Shown here: in pieces, positions 1 through 18,185 of the stretch
Layout of the letters: each line of letters opens with the position of its first letter
How positions within the stretch are numbered: position 1 is the first letter of the stretch
Assembly: GCF_009914755.1 (NCBI RefSeq)
Contig: NC_060931.1
Origin: the human T2T-CHM13v2.0 reference genome, Homo sapiens
Reading direction: 5' to 3' (one strand)
Length of the DNA: 64,000 nucleotides
The notes under the pieces: model-generated
The model's database searches: none
Told to the model about the DNA's origin: nothing
Seen by the model: the letters and a program-made list of their open reading frames with translations, nothing else
Made by a program: the position numbers and the translations under genes

Positions 1-30
1 GAGAACAGACCAACTTGAAAAAGAAGACAA

Positions 31-329
31 GCAGGGCATGGTGGCTCACACCTGCAATCCCAGCACTTTGGGAGGCTGAGACCAGCAGATTGCTTGAGCC
101 CAGGAGTTTCAGACCCATCTGGACAATATGGCAAGACCCCTCTCTCTCCAAAAAATTAAAAATTAGCCAGGCGTGCAGGCACACGCCTGTGGTCCCAGCT
201 ACTTGAGGCTGAGGTGGGAGAACTCCTTGAGCCTGGACGATCAAGGCTGCCATGAGCCTGGTTCATGTCACTGCACTCCTGCCTGGGCAACAGAGTGAGA
301 TCTTGTCTCAAAGAAAGAGAAAAGAAAAA
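31..329 (+). mobile_element. Alu SINE (AluJ-like)
   Basis: Dimeric Alu sequence (ggtggctcacacctgcaatcccagcactttgggagg...) with A-rich tail; diverged. Confidence 0.9.
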
Positions 330-451
330 GACAGTAGCCATATACTCTTGCCTATCCCTTTATATAATGGTTTTGTGAAAATTAGAGATTTTATATTCTG
401 GAAAATGGTTTGATGATAACAGATGAACATGAAATTAAAAGTGTGTATCCC

Positions 452-904
<453 letters not shown>

Positions 905-1300
905 TTACATATATGTGTATAAATATTTATGTATCTATACAACCACATAAAAGGATAAACATTATATCCTGTCATATAAAGAATAAACATTTATCCACAT
1001 AAAAGGATAAACATAATACCAAGTAGTATTGAACTCTTAATACGTTCCTTAATATACTCACATACTCTCCTACTCTATGTTCTATATGCCATTTAAGTCT
1101 TAAATTTATTTTATACAAAATCATATACGCAAAAGTGTGGATCTAACATGTGTACAATGCAGACAATAAAAATAAATAGGGCCAGGCATAGTGGCTCATG
1201 TGTGTAATCCTAGCACTTTGGGAGGCCAAAGCAGGAGGATAACTTTAGGTCAGGAGTTTAAGACTAGCCTGGGCAACATAGGGAGATACCATCTTTATCA

Positions 1301-1952
<652 letters not shown>

Positions 1953-2289
1953 CATTAGCCAGGCATGGTGACACATGCCTGTGGTCCCAGCTGCCATGGG
2001 GGCTGAGGTAAGAGGATTGCTTGAGCCTGGGAGGTCAAGGCTGCAGTCAGCTATGATTGTGCATCACTACGCTCCAGCCTGGGTGACAGAGTGAGACACT
2101 GTCTAAAAAAAAAAAAAGAAAAGAAAAGAAAAATTAAAATAAAAAGAACTTTCATGTACCCATTTCTCAGCTTTGGCTAGAACACAAACAAGACCTTTAT
2201 GCTTTCCTTGATTGCAGGTCACCATACCCGCTTGGAAGTCTCTGCTATACTGAAATTTGCATTAACTCTCTTGCTTATGTTTATTCATT

Positions 2290-2845
2290 TTCTATGGTGG
2301 TTACTAAAACACGTAACATAAGGGCTATCCTCTTAAATTTGTAAGTGTACATTACAATATTTTTAACTATAAGCACAGTGTTGCACAGCAGACCTCTGGA
2401 ACTTTTCAATCTTGCATAATTTAAACTTTATACTCATTGAACAGCAACTTCATTTTCCTCCACCCACCCCCAGCCCCTGGTAACCAGCATTCTACTTTCT
2501 ACTTCAATGGGTTTGGCAACCTTAGATACCTCGGATTGGTGGAATTAGGCTATGTTTGTTTTTTCTGACTGGCTCATTCATTCACTTTGCATAATGTCCT
2601 CAAGGTTCATGCACGTCATTGCAAATGACAGGATTTCTCTCTTTTTATAAGGCTAATTAATATTCCATTTATGTATATGCCATATTTTCTCTATCCATTT
2701 ATCAGTCGTTGGACATTTACATTACTTCCATGTATTGGCTATTGCAAATAATGCTTCCAAGGACGTGGGAATAAAAATATCTCTTCAGCATCCTGATTTC
2801 AATTTTTTGGAATAAATACTCAGAATCTGGGTTGCTGGATCTTAT
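2290..2845 (-). mobile_element. L1 3' end (L1MA/L1MB-like)
   Basis: Antisense L1 3'UTR/ORF2-end motifs (cataatgtcctcaaggttcat, ggctattgcaaataatgct). Confidence 0.75.
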
Positions 2846-2847
2846 GA

Positions 2848-3135
2848 CATGTTTTTTGAGACAGGATCTCATTCTGTTGGCTGAGTGCAGTTGTGTGATT
2901 ATGGCTAACTGTGGCCTTGAATGTCTGGGCTCAAGCAATCCTTCTGCCTCAGCCTTCCCAGTAGTTGAGACTACAGGCATGTGCCACCATGCCTGGCTAA
3001 TTTTTTTTTTTTTTTTTGGAGAGATTGGGTCTTGTTCTATTGCCCAGGCTGGTCTGGAACTCCTAGCCTCAAGTGTCTTTCTGCCTTGGCCTCCCAAATG
3101 CTAGGATTACAGGTGTGAAGCATTGCACCCATCCA
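2848..3135 (-). mobile_element. Alu SINE (AluJ-like)
   Basis: Reverse-complement Alu dimer. Confidence 0.88.
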
Positions 3136-4040
3136 AGAATTCTTGGATCATGAAATCAACCTAATTTATTTGAGATGTGTGGCCACTTTTAATACATTGC
3201 TGGTATCAATTTGCTATTATTTTGATTAATCTTTTTGCATCTATGCAAGTTCCTCATTTGATTCTTGCATGGTGTTGCATCAAGTTTATGCTAGATTCAT
3301 AAAATAAATTGTAGAGTGCTGCTCTTTTTCCTTGTCCCTAAAATAGTTTGGATAATATTAGAATTATTTCTTTCTTGAATATTTTTAAACTTCGTGAATA
3401 AAACTTTCTCAGCTTAGTGCTATCTTTGTGAAAGTTCTTAAACTGTAATTTTCATTTTGTAAAAAGTTATTGGTTCATTTTGATTTTCTATTATTTCTAA
3501 AATATGTACGTTTCAAGTTTTCTCTTAGGTATTTGCTCATTTCACTAAGTTTTAATCCATTACTTTTTTCAAAAAAAGTTTTTACATTTTATTTGTGCTC
3601 TTCTTCTGGGACTCTAAGAACACAGATGTTAGAACTTTTGTTATTATTCCATGGGTCTCTGACACTGTCTTAATTTTTTTAAATTATTATTTTTGTTTAT
3701 TCTCTTCTGTTCAGATTAATTTCTCATTATCTTTTTCCACGATCATCAATTTTTCTTTGTCTTCTTTATCTTGCTCCTGAGCCCCTTCAGTAATTTTTAG
3801 AGAATTTTGGTAGTTGCATAAAATTTTGATTCCATTCTTTTAAAATACCTTCTATTTTTCTGGTGAAACTTTCTCAATTTCATTCTATTTCAACAGTGTT
3901 CAATCTTACTTCTTGAAGTATAGTTATAACAGCTGCTCCAAAGTCTTTGATAATCCCACCTTCTGTGTCAACTTGGTATTCGTGTCTGTTGGTTGTCTTT
4001 TTAGCTTTGTGAGATGTTCAGATTTTTCTAATTATAAAAA
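3136..4040 (-). mobile_element. Ancient L1M fragments
   Basis: T-rich, degenerate antisense L1 ORF sequence. Confidence 0.5.
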
Positions 4041-4046
4041 ATTAGA

Positions 4047-4341
4047 GGCCAGGTGTGTTGGCTCACACCTTTTATCCCAGCACTTTGGGAGGCCGAGGCA
4101 GGTGGATCACCTGAGGTAAGGAGTTTGAGACCAGCCTGGCCAATGCGGTGAAACCCCATCTCTTCTAAAAATACAAAAAATTAGCAAGGCCTGGTGGTGG
4201 AGGCCTGTAATCCCAGCTACTTGAGAGGCTGAAGCAGGAGAATTGCTTGAACCCAGGAGGCAGAGGGTTTAGTCAGCCAAGATTACACCACTGCACTGCA
4301 GCCTGGGCAACAAGAGTGACACTCCATCTCAAAAAAAAAAA
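4047..4341 (+). mobile_element. Alu SINE (AluS-like)
   Basis: Full dimer, poly-A, TSD aaaaaattaga. Confidence 0.9.
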
Positions 4342-4692
4342 ATTAGAAATTTTAAAAGTTTTCTAATTTTCTAATTCTTAATGTGTTGAGTAATTTTTTA
4401 TTGTATTCTGGACATCTTACACACTATGCTCTGTGAATCTGAGTCTTGATAAAATGCTATAGAGTTTTTTTTTATTTAACAGGTAGTAACCTTGCTAGAG
4501 TCAGCCACAAATTCCTACCGACCTTCTGTTTGCATTGGTTCATTCTAGTGCCAATTCTGTTTACAAGGCCCTTATAAGAGGTATTGAGATGTGTCCCACT
4601 GGTGCACCACCTAAGGGCCAGTTTGGGATTATGGGATCTGGGTAGAGTTCTAACCCACCCTTCAGTTCTCAAAAACTACAGTTTAGCATCAG

Positions 4693-4694
<2 letters not shown>

Positions 4695-4743
<49 letters not shown>

Positions 4744-4794
4744 TATCTATATATAATAATAAATATATTCTATCTATATATAATAATATATATA
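4695..4794. repeat. (TA)n microsatellite followed by two ~27-bp AT-rich copies
   Basis: Read directly: TA run, then ttctatctatatataataat twice. Confidence 0.95.
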
Positions 4795-5476
4795 TTCAGT
4801 TTTCCCCTCCAATTTTAATACTTTCAAATTCTAGTGGTTCATTGAGATCTTTTTCAAATCTTCCTGATTATCTGTACATTCTCTTGTTTATCATTTTCAA
4901 TCCACTTTTATTATTTTGATATATTCATTTTTATAGCGTTGCTCATAATCCTAGTATCTATAGTCTTTGTAGATCTGACTTTATACTTTGTTGTTTCTGT
5001 TGGCCGTTGTTCATAGTGACTTGTTTTCTTCAGAGATGTGTTTGTTTATTCCGGGTTCCAAGAGAATATACCTATGTGAGTTTGCTTTAACCTAACATTT
5101 TGAGTTGAAGTTTTCCAGGACATATATGTGGTATGAATTCTGGCCCAACTTTTCATTATATATTTGTCATCAGGGATTCTCAGAGGCTATGTTCTTTTTT
5201 CAGTCATTCAACACAGACCTAAGAAAAAAACCAATGAATTTGTCAACATTCATCTCTAGAGAACAGGATTTTCATTTAATGTATCCAGTGAGGGTTTCAT
5301 TGCTCTAGGCCCCCTTCTCTATGACGAGGCTTCTGACCTGTCCTTCTGTTATGTTGGGACTTCAGACTTTGTTTACATTTTTGTGTGTATGTTTCTCTAA
5401 CACCCATGATAGACAAACAGTCATCCTCAGGGAAAAAGCCAGCTTCAAAAACTGCTTATCATTCTTGTATCAATCT

Positions 5477-5781
5477 TTATTATTTTTTTTAATTTTTTTT
5501 TTTGAGACGGAGTCTCACTCTGTCACCCAGGCTGGAGTGCGGTGGTGCAACCTCAGCTGACTGCAACCTCCACTTCCCCGGTTCAAGTGATTCTTCTGCC
5601 TCAGCCTCCTGAGTAGCTGGGATTACAGGTGCATGCCACCATGTCCAGCTAATTTTTGCATTTTTAGTAGAGACGGGGTTTCATCACGTTGGTCAGGATG
5701 GTCATGAACTCCTGACCTCATGATCCACCTGCTTTGGCCTCCCAAAGTGCTGGGATTACAGGCATGAGCCACTGTGCCCAG
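5477..5781 (-). mobile_element. Alu SINE (AluS-like)
   Basis: Reverse-complement Alu dimer. Confidence 0.9.
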
Positions 5782-5894
5782 CATCATTCTTTATTATTGT
5801 TTTTCACTTCCAACTTCTATTTAAGCTCAGCATACTTAAAATATGCTTTAGATATGTTGTTGAGCATTTTTAGGTGTTCTATATTAGGAGGTGC

Positions 5895-5895
<1 letters not shown>

Positions 5896-5947
<52 letters not shown>

Positions 5948-5950
5948 TGC
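5896..5950. repeat. (TG)n(CG)n microsatellite
   Basis: Uninterrupted purine-pyrimidine alternation. Confidence 0.95.
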
Positions 5951-6902
5951 TTGGTCTGATATATAGCTTTAAGTAAAAGTTTGTTCATAATTTTTTCCTA
6001 AATTCACTATAAAATAATGCTAATAAGCACACCAAATATCAGCAGTGGTTTAATTTTGAAAGTACTTATGAGTTATTTTTTCTTTAAGTTCTTTTAAATT
6101 TTCAGAAATTTAAAGAGGATCATTTGTTATTTTTATAATTAGAAAAAAGTTATGAAAGAAACATTATCACAAGGAATTACATGGTGTAAAGGCAGCAAAA
6201 CAGGAAGTTAGCAATAAATAAAAGAATGAGATGAGAGAATTCTTCAAAAGAAGGAAATTGTTGAGCTGATTATAAAACTAGTACTCGAATTCTGTTAAGT
6301 ACACAATGAAATTTCCAATAAATTACATCGCAAAGAAGTATATGTTAATTTTTTTTGTTAAAAGTAATTTGAAGTGTACTTCCCATACTTGTCCTGAATA
6401 TAACCTTGACTAAATCTGACTTCATATAATTTTTGCAAAACTTAAATGAGATAATAGTTGAAAAATGCTAGCTCAGATGAAACACCCAGTTTTGAAAATT
6501 TTAGTAGCATTATATTATGGCAATAAGACTTAAGTAATGAAATGATAAAGCTTCTGGTTATTAAGCTGCTGATTGTATCAGAGTCAAATGGCATATACTT
6601 GTGTTTGAAATTCAGGTGCAGACTTTCAATATAAGAGAGTTCACTTTCCTATATTCCAGTAAACAGTATCCTAATCACCATCAATAGCATTTGTCAAGCA
6701 CATGATATGGGTGTCAGTGTTTGCTAAGAGAGGGAAAGGTTATATAAGGAAGTATTTACCCTTGAATTTCAAATAATTGTTATGGGGATATGAAAACATA
6801 GACAATTCCCTTATGCAGCTCAGAATTTATTAGAGGCCAAACAATATAGACACAAGTGAAAAACAGAGTTGAGCTACATAATCTTTAAATATCTTGTAAC
6901 TA

Positions 6903-7771
<869 letters not shown>

Positions 7772-8184
7772 TCTTTAAAAAAAAAAAAAAAAAAAAAAAG
7801 GATGCCCTTTTGTGTAAATGGGTCTCTACCCTCACACCAATAGTCCCAGAACCATATCCAGAACGAGCTTATCTAGAACTAACTACCTATTGCAATTTGA
7901 AAACAAAGATCCCTACTCTCACTTCAAATAAATTAATCACATGTTACTCTTATTGGGTGATGGGGAGAGTAAGGAAGAGGAGAGTCCAGGACATAATTTG
8001 GGAGATGGAGTAATAGAGCCCAGGGAAGTCAAGAGACTTGTTCAAGCTCCACAGCTCATGGCCAATAGATAGTCTGTCAAATTTTCACTATATAAAATTG
8101 GCACAAAATGTGCCAAATCTGCATTTAGAACATTCGTTTCTGATTGCCATAGAGAAGACAGAACTAAATTCCAAGTAGAAATGA

Positions 8185-8535
<351 letters not shown>

Positions 8536-9169
8536 TTTTTTTTTTTATTTTTTATTTTTTACATTATTGTTTTTCTGAAAGCAAGATATACTACTGAGCA
8601 ATGGAGAAAAAAATTAGAAACAATAAAAGTGTTTATGATAATGGGAGAGAAACCCATTAAGAATTTTATTGGATAAGGATGACAAAATTAACTTTCCCTG
8701 TTTTCATTTTAGAATCACTGAACATTTGTGTTTCCATAATAAAAATAGCAATGAAAAGAAAATTGGACACAGCATTACCCTTTTCTCTCTGTGGGGTGGA
8801 GGAGGATGATTTGTCCTTCCTTGAAAGATGAGGAAGGCCTACCATGGGTTTAATTAAGGAGGACGTTGTATGCAGAAAAAGAGCAAGGCTTAAGGTATCA
8901 CCCTGCAACTGAGTTCCCCATGTTGCATAGTAGTTATGCGCTTGGGCTCTGCACTTGGACTCTGCACTTGGACTATGTGATTTTGAATATTGCCATGGGG
9001 GCCCTCCATTTCAGAGCCCCTGTACCACCTCATCAACTCTTTCTCACGGTTGGAATAGCTCTGACTTTCTCTTTGCCTACTCTTTTAAATGAGTTTAAAT
9101 GGTACGTGTGATTAGATTGTGCCCACCTGGGGAAACCTCCCTTTTGCTTAATTCAAAGTCAACTGTCTA

Positions 9170-9905
<736 letters not shown>

Positions 9906-10729
9906 CCATAAGAATTAGTAACCTGAATTAATCTGCAAAATAAATGAGGAAACAGAGGCCAAAGAGGATAAACCACTATCAGATAGACTAGAACCCAGGC
10001 ACGAGGGCTCGTTACTTCAGCCCTTCATCCTCTGCGTGTGTTCACAATCTCCATTTAAATATATATGTTGTATTAAGGACTACAGTAGTAATTTGGAGTT
10101 TGGGAAAATTTCATATCCTGCTTTGATGGACTGGAAGATGAGACGTGCTTTACGCAGAGCCTCTTCATCAATAGGTGAGTGGCTATGAAATGGGGGTAGG
10201 AACCCATAGGGAAGAAACTAGATGATCTGCTGAAAATGAGAAGAAAAATGAGCTACTGGACCTGCCAGCTGGCACCACTGCTCAAGTGGATTATGAACTG
10301 AATATAGAAAATATTAGGGAACAAAGAGTTACATGAATGTTCACAGCTGCTCTCCTCAAGTGCGTGACCTCTTCCCAAACACATTTTCTGAACGAATCAC
10401 TCTCAGCAGGAAAGTGGTCTCTCTACTAGGAATAACAAACAAGACAGTCTCTACAGCTACTTGGGCAAAGAAGAGCTTTTCCATGGAGGGGTCTGCTCTT
10501 ACCTATGTTTTGCAGAATGCTCTGCAGAGAAATACTCACTTTGTTCATGACTTGTCTAATTCCTGGAAAACATCAGCACTGTAATTTAGGATTAGAATCT
10601 GTTGAAAAGATGTGCTAGCATTAAAAAAAATTAAGAAACAATGCTGTGAACTTCAGACTTTCTGAGAAAGTCAGAATTATCTGGAATAATTTGGCCCACA
10701 CATTTCCTCTCAATTGAGAACACAAGGTT

Positions 10730-10885
10730 TGGAATCAGGCCAGGTGACCTAGGTTATAGCTCTGGCTCTAACTAGATGACCTTGTCCAAGTTACTTAATG
10801 TTCATAAACCTCCATTTATCTATCAATAAACAGGCCCAATAATACATACATACCTCATGAGGATGCTGTGAAGATGAGATGAAAT
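10730..10885. mobile_element. MIR SINE fragment
   Basis: gaccttgtccaagttacttaa...tacctcatgaggatgctgtgaagat core. Confidence 0.65.
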
Positions 10886-11204
10886 CCATCATCAAGGGAT
10901 GTTAGCCAGAATCAGAATCCTCATCACCACTACATTCTCAAAGTCTCTTTTGATCCAAATTGAACATTTTCAGGAATAATTTTTAAAAATAAAATCTATC
11001 TTTTCTTTGTAAATTTGCTTTTTACTTTAATGCTTAATGTTTTGGTCAGTTGAATGAACTCTTTCAGCATCCTAAAATTATGTTAATATTCAGGAAAATA
11101 TTGCTTACTAAATTTTTTTGGATTAGAAAATAGTGCATGAATGCAGTAAATTCTCTTGTCAGGACTGCAAGCTCACTCAATTGAAGGAATAGTGTTTTAT
11201 TTTT

Positions 11205-11500
<296 letters not shown>

Positions 11501-12150
11501 GGGAAAAGAATACTAAATGTGAACATCAAGAACCTTGATGTTATTTAACAACCTTGTCACTAGCCAGGGAGATGTCCTCCAGTGCCTTAAATCTTGGCTT
11601 CCTTATTCATCAGATTTAGTGACTAATGAGGCATAACGGAGTAAGCAACAAAGGACTCATAAAAGAAAAGGTCTCCATTTGGACAATTGCAAGAATGATA
11701 ATATTTCTACATTGAAATATGGAATTTAGAAGAAAAAATGGCTTATGTAAAAGAAAAACTTTTTTTAGACATCGAGTTCAAGAACGAGTTTAAGAACAGA
11801 AATTTCTAGAAATTAGTTGGCAATCTACAACTGGATTTCAGCAGTAAAGACTGAAAACAAAATTAGGATAATCGCTTGGACAGAACATTTGACGTTATTA
11901 GAGTGAATGGTAAGTTTGATAAATTTATCGATATGAAAAGAACTAGATGGCCATAAATTATCTTTGGGAAGAAGAGTGGGAACTAGAGGAAGAGAGGTCA
12001 GGGGAGATTCACAATAGCCTATGCATCATTATAAATGTGCACATGTCCTGTGGTCAGGCAGTAATGTGTGAAGATACAAGTGAGTGCATGCAATGAAGAA
12101 ATACAACTTTTGCTAAAACAACATGCTGATCAAAAAGAAAAATAAAAAGA

Positions 12151-12534
<384 letters not shown>

Positions 12535-13079
12535 TCAATGTCCATTGAATTTAACCCTTAAGAAAATTTTTTGTGGCTTTCAACACTGCTGGTTCATTAG
12601 AGGAGCAGACAGGTTACAAACCATCTTGCTGGGAATCAATAGGAAAGTAAATGATGGGAAAGTAGAGAGAAATTCTATGAGTTTAGGTGTGAAAAGAAGG
12701 AAAGACTCCATATGGTAGCCAAAAGGAATGAGGAGGGGAAGGGAAGAGAAATATGGAATCTGCAGGGCTAGAGGGAAGGAAGCATATTATCAGGGAACGG
12801 TTTAGGTGAGATCACAGGGCACTCACATAGTCAAGTGGAGTTAAGCTTTGAAATGTTAGCCTAAAATAGTAATAATCTTTAAATATTTACTTATTTGGCA
12901 GAATGATTAGCTTAGAAGCAAACTCTTTGTTAAAAGCAACTTCTCTGTTTCTGGAATTCATCCTTATTATTGTAAATAAAGGTAGAGTGTAACTAGACTA
13001 AGTTATAATGTGTTGGTCTTAAAAGGTGTGATATTACCTTATTAATTTGAATGACTGGTGCTGATTTCCTCCAATTTAA

Positions 13080-13511
<432 letters not shown>

Positions 13512-13839
13512 AGCATCCAGCCGTTATGAGAAGGGGAGCTAACAAACTAATTAGACTGGTAGTTTAAAAAAATATCAATCTTGGTACATACCCAGGCCAA
13601 AAAGTCTTACATTTACCGAAACAGAACATTTGCGTCTGCCCAACTATCCAAGACTGTTAACCTCAGGCTTTTATCTCACACTTAAAAACTGGTTTTATTT
13701 TGCACTTTGGCATACTGTATAGAAGTTTGACACATTTGCAAGATAAGAACTACATTCGAAATGATGAGATCTACATTGGGAAAATTATGTGTGAACAAAT
13801 TTGGAGACATAACTGAACAGTTTGTCATTGATGGAAATG

Positions 13840-14063
13840 TGCAAGCTCTGCCTCCCAACTTCAAGTGATTCTCCTGCCTCAGCCTCCTGAGTAGCTGGGA
13901 CTACAGGTGTCCACCACCATGCCTGGCTAATTTTTGTATTTTTAGTAGAGATGGGGTTTCTCCATGTTGGCCAGCCTGGTCTCGAACTCCTGGCCTCATG
14001 CAATCTGCCCGCCTTGGTGTCCCAGAGTGTTGGGATTACAGCCATGAACCACTGCACCTGCCC
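13840..14063 (-). mobile_element. Alu SINE lacking its 3' end
   Basis: Reverse-complement Alu with no distal right arm or tail. Confidence 0.85.
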
Positions 14064-14269
14064 AAAAAGGGGTTAATTTCTTGTACTGCTTAAAGAAAAA
14101 AATTTAAAAATTAAAAATAAAATAAAATAAAAACATGTATTAATAGTTGGCTTGTGAAATATGGTATTTTCTGCCCAGCTCCTGGTAAAATTGTTTTTAC
14201 TGAACATGACTATCATGTCAGTAGGGTTTTAGTTATCAGTGCCAGAAAGGAAGTCAAAGATAAGACACA

Positions 14270-14750
<481 letters not shown>

Positions 14751-15029
14751 TTTGAAACATACAACTATACTTAGATTCAGCACTGTTCAGAGGGAGCAAA
14801 AATTGTCGTATCCTTTATAATGTGCCAATTTTTCATGCAATCTCTTTACCAGAATTTAAAATGTACACATCCTTTGACACAGCCATTCCATTTCTAGGAA
14901 TTTATCTGACAGAATAATTGAATAAATGTGCAAGGATATATGTTAAAAAAAAACCATCCATTACAAAATTGTCTATTGTAGGAGAAAAGTCTTAATAACT
15001 TAAATGCCTATCAAGGAATGTTACATATC

Positions 15030-15290
15030 AGGTACTGTTCTAAGCACTTCAAAAGCAGTTAAGTCATTTCATCCTCATAACATTATATAGTAATAGAATA
15101 TAAAATATATATTAAAATATAATCTTAATAATATTATTATCCCTCATTTTACAGATGACAAAGCTGAGGCACAGAACAGTTAAGCACTTGTCCAAAATCA
15201 CACTGCTGGTACGTGGCACAGCCAGGTCACAAAGCCAGGTTGTCTGGTTCTAGAGTCTGTGGGCTTAATCCTGCACTATTTGCCTCTCTC
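15030..15290. mobile_element. MIR SINE
   Basis: cattttacagatgacaaagctgaggcacaga...cttgtccaaaatcacac. Confidence 0.75.
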
Positions 15291-15390
15291 AACATTCTGC
15301 TGCCTTCACATAATCATTATATAAATTTTTTAATTTACAAAAATTAAATTTAAAACATGAGCGAGCTAGTATAGGTGGCTTTCTTTTTCT

Positions 15391-18185
15391 TTTTATTTAT
15401 TTATTATCCTTTAAGTCCTGGGATACATGTGCAGAACATGCAGGTTTGTTACATAGGTATACATGTGCCGTGGTGGTTTGCTGCACGCATCAAAGTGTCA
15501 TCTACATTAGGTATTTCTCCTAATGCTATCCCTCCCCTAGCCCTCCACCCTGTGAAAGGCCCCAGTGTGTGATGTTCCCCTCCCTGTGTCCATGTGTTCT
15601 CACTGTTCAACTCCCACTTATGAGTGAGAACATTTGGTATTTAGTTTTCTGTTCCTGTGATAGTTTGCTGAGAATGATGGTTTCCAGCTTCATCCACGTC
15701 CCTGCAAAGGACATGAACTCATACGTTTTTATGGCTGCATAGTATTCCATGGTGTATATGTGCCACATTTTCTTTATCCAGTGTATCAATGATGGGCATT
15801 TGCATTGGTTCCAGGTCTTTGCTGTTGTGAACAGTGCCACAATAAACATACGTGTGCATGTGTCTTTATAGTAGAACGATTTATAATCTTTTGGGTATAT
15901 ACACAGTAATGGGATTCGTGGGTCAAATGGTATTTCTGGTTCTAGATCCTTGAGGAATCGCCACAGTGTCTTCTGCAATGGTTGAACTAGTTTACACTCC
16001 CACCAACAGTGTAAAAGTGTTCCTATTTCTCCACATCCTCTCCAGCATCTATTGTTTCCTAACTTTTTAATGATCACCACTCTAACTGGTATGAGATGGT
16101 ATCTTATTGTGGTTTTGATTTGCATTTCTCTAATGACCAGTGATGATGAGCTTTTTTTCACATATTTGTTGGCCGCATAAATGTCTTTTTTTGAAAAGTG
16201 TCCGTTCATATCCTTTGCCCACTTTTGAATGGAGTTGTTTTTTTTTTTTTCTTGTAAATTGGTTTAAGTTCTTTGTAGATTCTGGATATTAGCCCTTTGT
16301 CAGATGGATAGATTGCAAAAATTTTCTCCCATTCTGTAGGTTGCCTTTCGCTCTGATGATAGTTTCTTTTGCTGTGCAGAAGCTCTTGAGTTTAATTAGA
16401 TCCCATTTGTGGATTTTGGCTTTTGTTGCCATTGCTTTTGGTGTTTTAGTCATGAAGTCTTTGTCCATGCCTATGTCCTGAATGGTATTGCCTAGGTGTT
16501 CTTCTAGGGTTTTTATGGTTATAGGTTTTACATTTAAGTGTTTAATCCATCTTGAGTTAATTTTTGTATAAGGTGTAAGGAAAGGGTCGAGTTTCAATTT
16601 TCTGCATACGGCTAGCCAGTTTTCCCAACACCATTTATTAAATAGGGAATCCTTTTCCCATTGCTTGTTTTTGTCTGCTTTGGCAAATATCAGATAGTTG
16701 TAGATGTGTGGCATTATTTCTGAGGCTTCTGTTCTGTTCCATTGATCTATGTATCTGTTTTGGTACCAGTATCATGCTGTTTTGGTTACTATAGCCTTGC
16801 AGTATAGTTTGAAGTCAGGTAGCATGATGACTCTAGCTTTTTTCTTTTTGCTTAGGATTGTCTTGCTATATGGGCTCTTTTTTGGTTCCATATAAAATTT
16901 AAAGTAATTTTTTCTAATTCTGTACAGAAAGTCTATGGTAGCTTGATGGGGATAGCATTGAGTCTACAAATTACTTTGGGCAGTATGGCCATTTTCATGA
17001 TATTGATTCTTCCTATCCATGAGCATGGGATGTTTTTCCATTTGTTTGTGTCCTCTTTTATTTCATGGAGCAGTGGTTTGTAGTTCTCCTTGAAGAGGTC
17101 CTTCACATCCCTTGTAAGTTGTATTCCTAGGTATTTTATTCTCTTAGTAGCAATTGTGAATGGGAGTTCACTTATGATTTGGCTCTCTGTTTGTCTATTA
17201 TTGGTGTCTAGGAATGCTTGTGGTTTTTGCACATTGATTTTGTATCCTGAGATTTTGCTGAAATTGCTTATCAGCATAAGGAGATTTTGGGCTGAGGTGA
17301 TGGGGTTTTCTAAATATACAATCATGTCATCTGCAAACAGAGACAGTTTGACTTCCTCTCTTCCTTTTATTTGTAAGCCCCTGACTGGGGCTGCTGCCTT
17401 TCTTTCAGAGATGCCCTGCCCAGAGAGGAGGAATCTCTAGAGGCAGTTTGGCTGCAGCAGCTTTGCTGAGCTGCAGTGGGCTCTGCCCAGTTCGAACTTC
17501 CTGGTAGCTTTGTTTACACTGTGAGGGGAAAACCGCCTACTGAAGCCTCAGCAATGGTAAATGCCCCTCCCCCCACCAAGCTTGAGCATCCCAGGTCAAC
17601 TTCAGACTGCTGTGCTGGCAGTGAGGATTTCAAGCCAGTGGATCTTGGCTTGCTGGGCTCCATGGGGGTGGGATTCTCTGAGCTAGATCACTTGTCTCCC
17701 TGGCTTCAGCCCCCTTTCCATGGGAGTGAATGGTTCTGTCTTGCTGGTGTCCCAGGTGCCACTGGGGTATGAAAAAAACTCCTGCAGCTAGCTCAGTGTC
17801 TGCCCAAATGGCCGCCCAGTTTTGTGCTTGAAATCTAGGGCCCTGGTGGCATAGGCACCTGAGGGAATCTCCTGGTTTGCGGGTTGTGAAGACTATGGGA
17901 AAATCATAGTATCTGGGCCAGAATGCACTGTTCCTCACGGCACAGTCCCTCACTGCTTCCCTTGGCTAGGGGAGGGAGTTCTCTGACCCCTTGTGCTTCC
18001 TGGGTGAGGCAACACCCCAACCTGCTTCGGCTCCCCCTCCATAGGCTGCACCCACTGTTTAACCAGGCCCGATGAGATGAGCCAGGTACCTCAGTTGGAA
18101 ATGCAGAAATCACCTGTCTTCTGCGTTAATCTCGCTGGGAGGTGCAGACTGGAGCTGTTCCTATTTGGCCATCTTGCCAGCCACC
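15391..18185 (-). mobile_element. L1PA7/8-like LINE-1, internally deleted: 5'UTR (18185-17365) fused to ORF2 RT/C-terminus and 3'UTR (17364-15391)
   Basis: ORF2 fragments 16933-17325, 16289-16714 and 15607-16209 translate to L1 ORF2p ([24 protein letters not shown]); L1 5' end (rc of ctggagctgttcctatttggccatctt); poly-A at ~15391. Confidence 0.92.

Noticed and set aside
15607-17325. Longest complex ORFs (200, 141 and 130 aa)
   Set aside because: Broken L1 ORF2p fragments of a dead element
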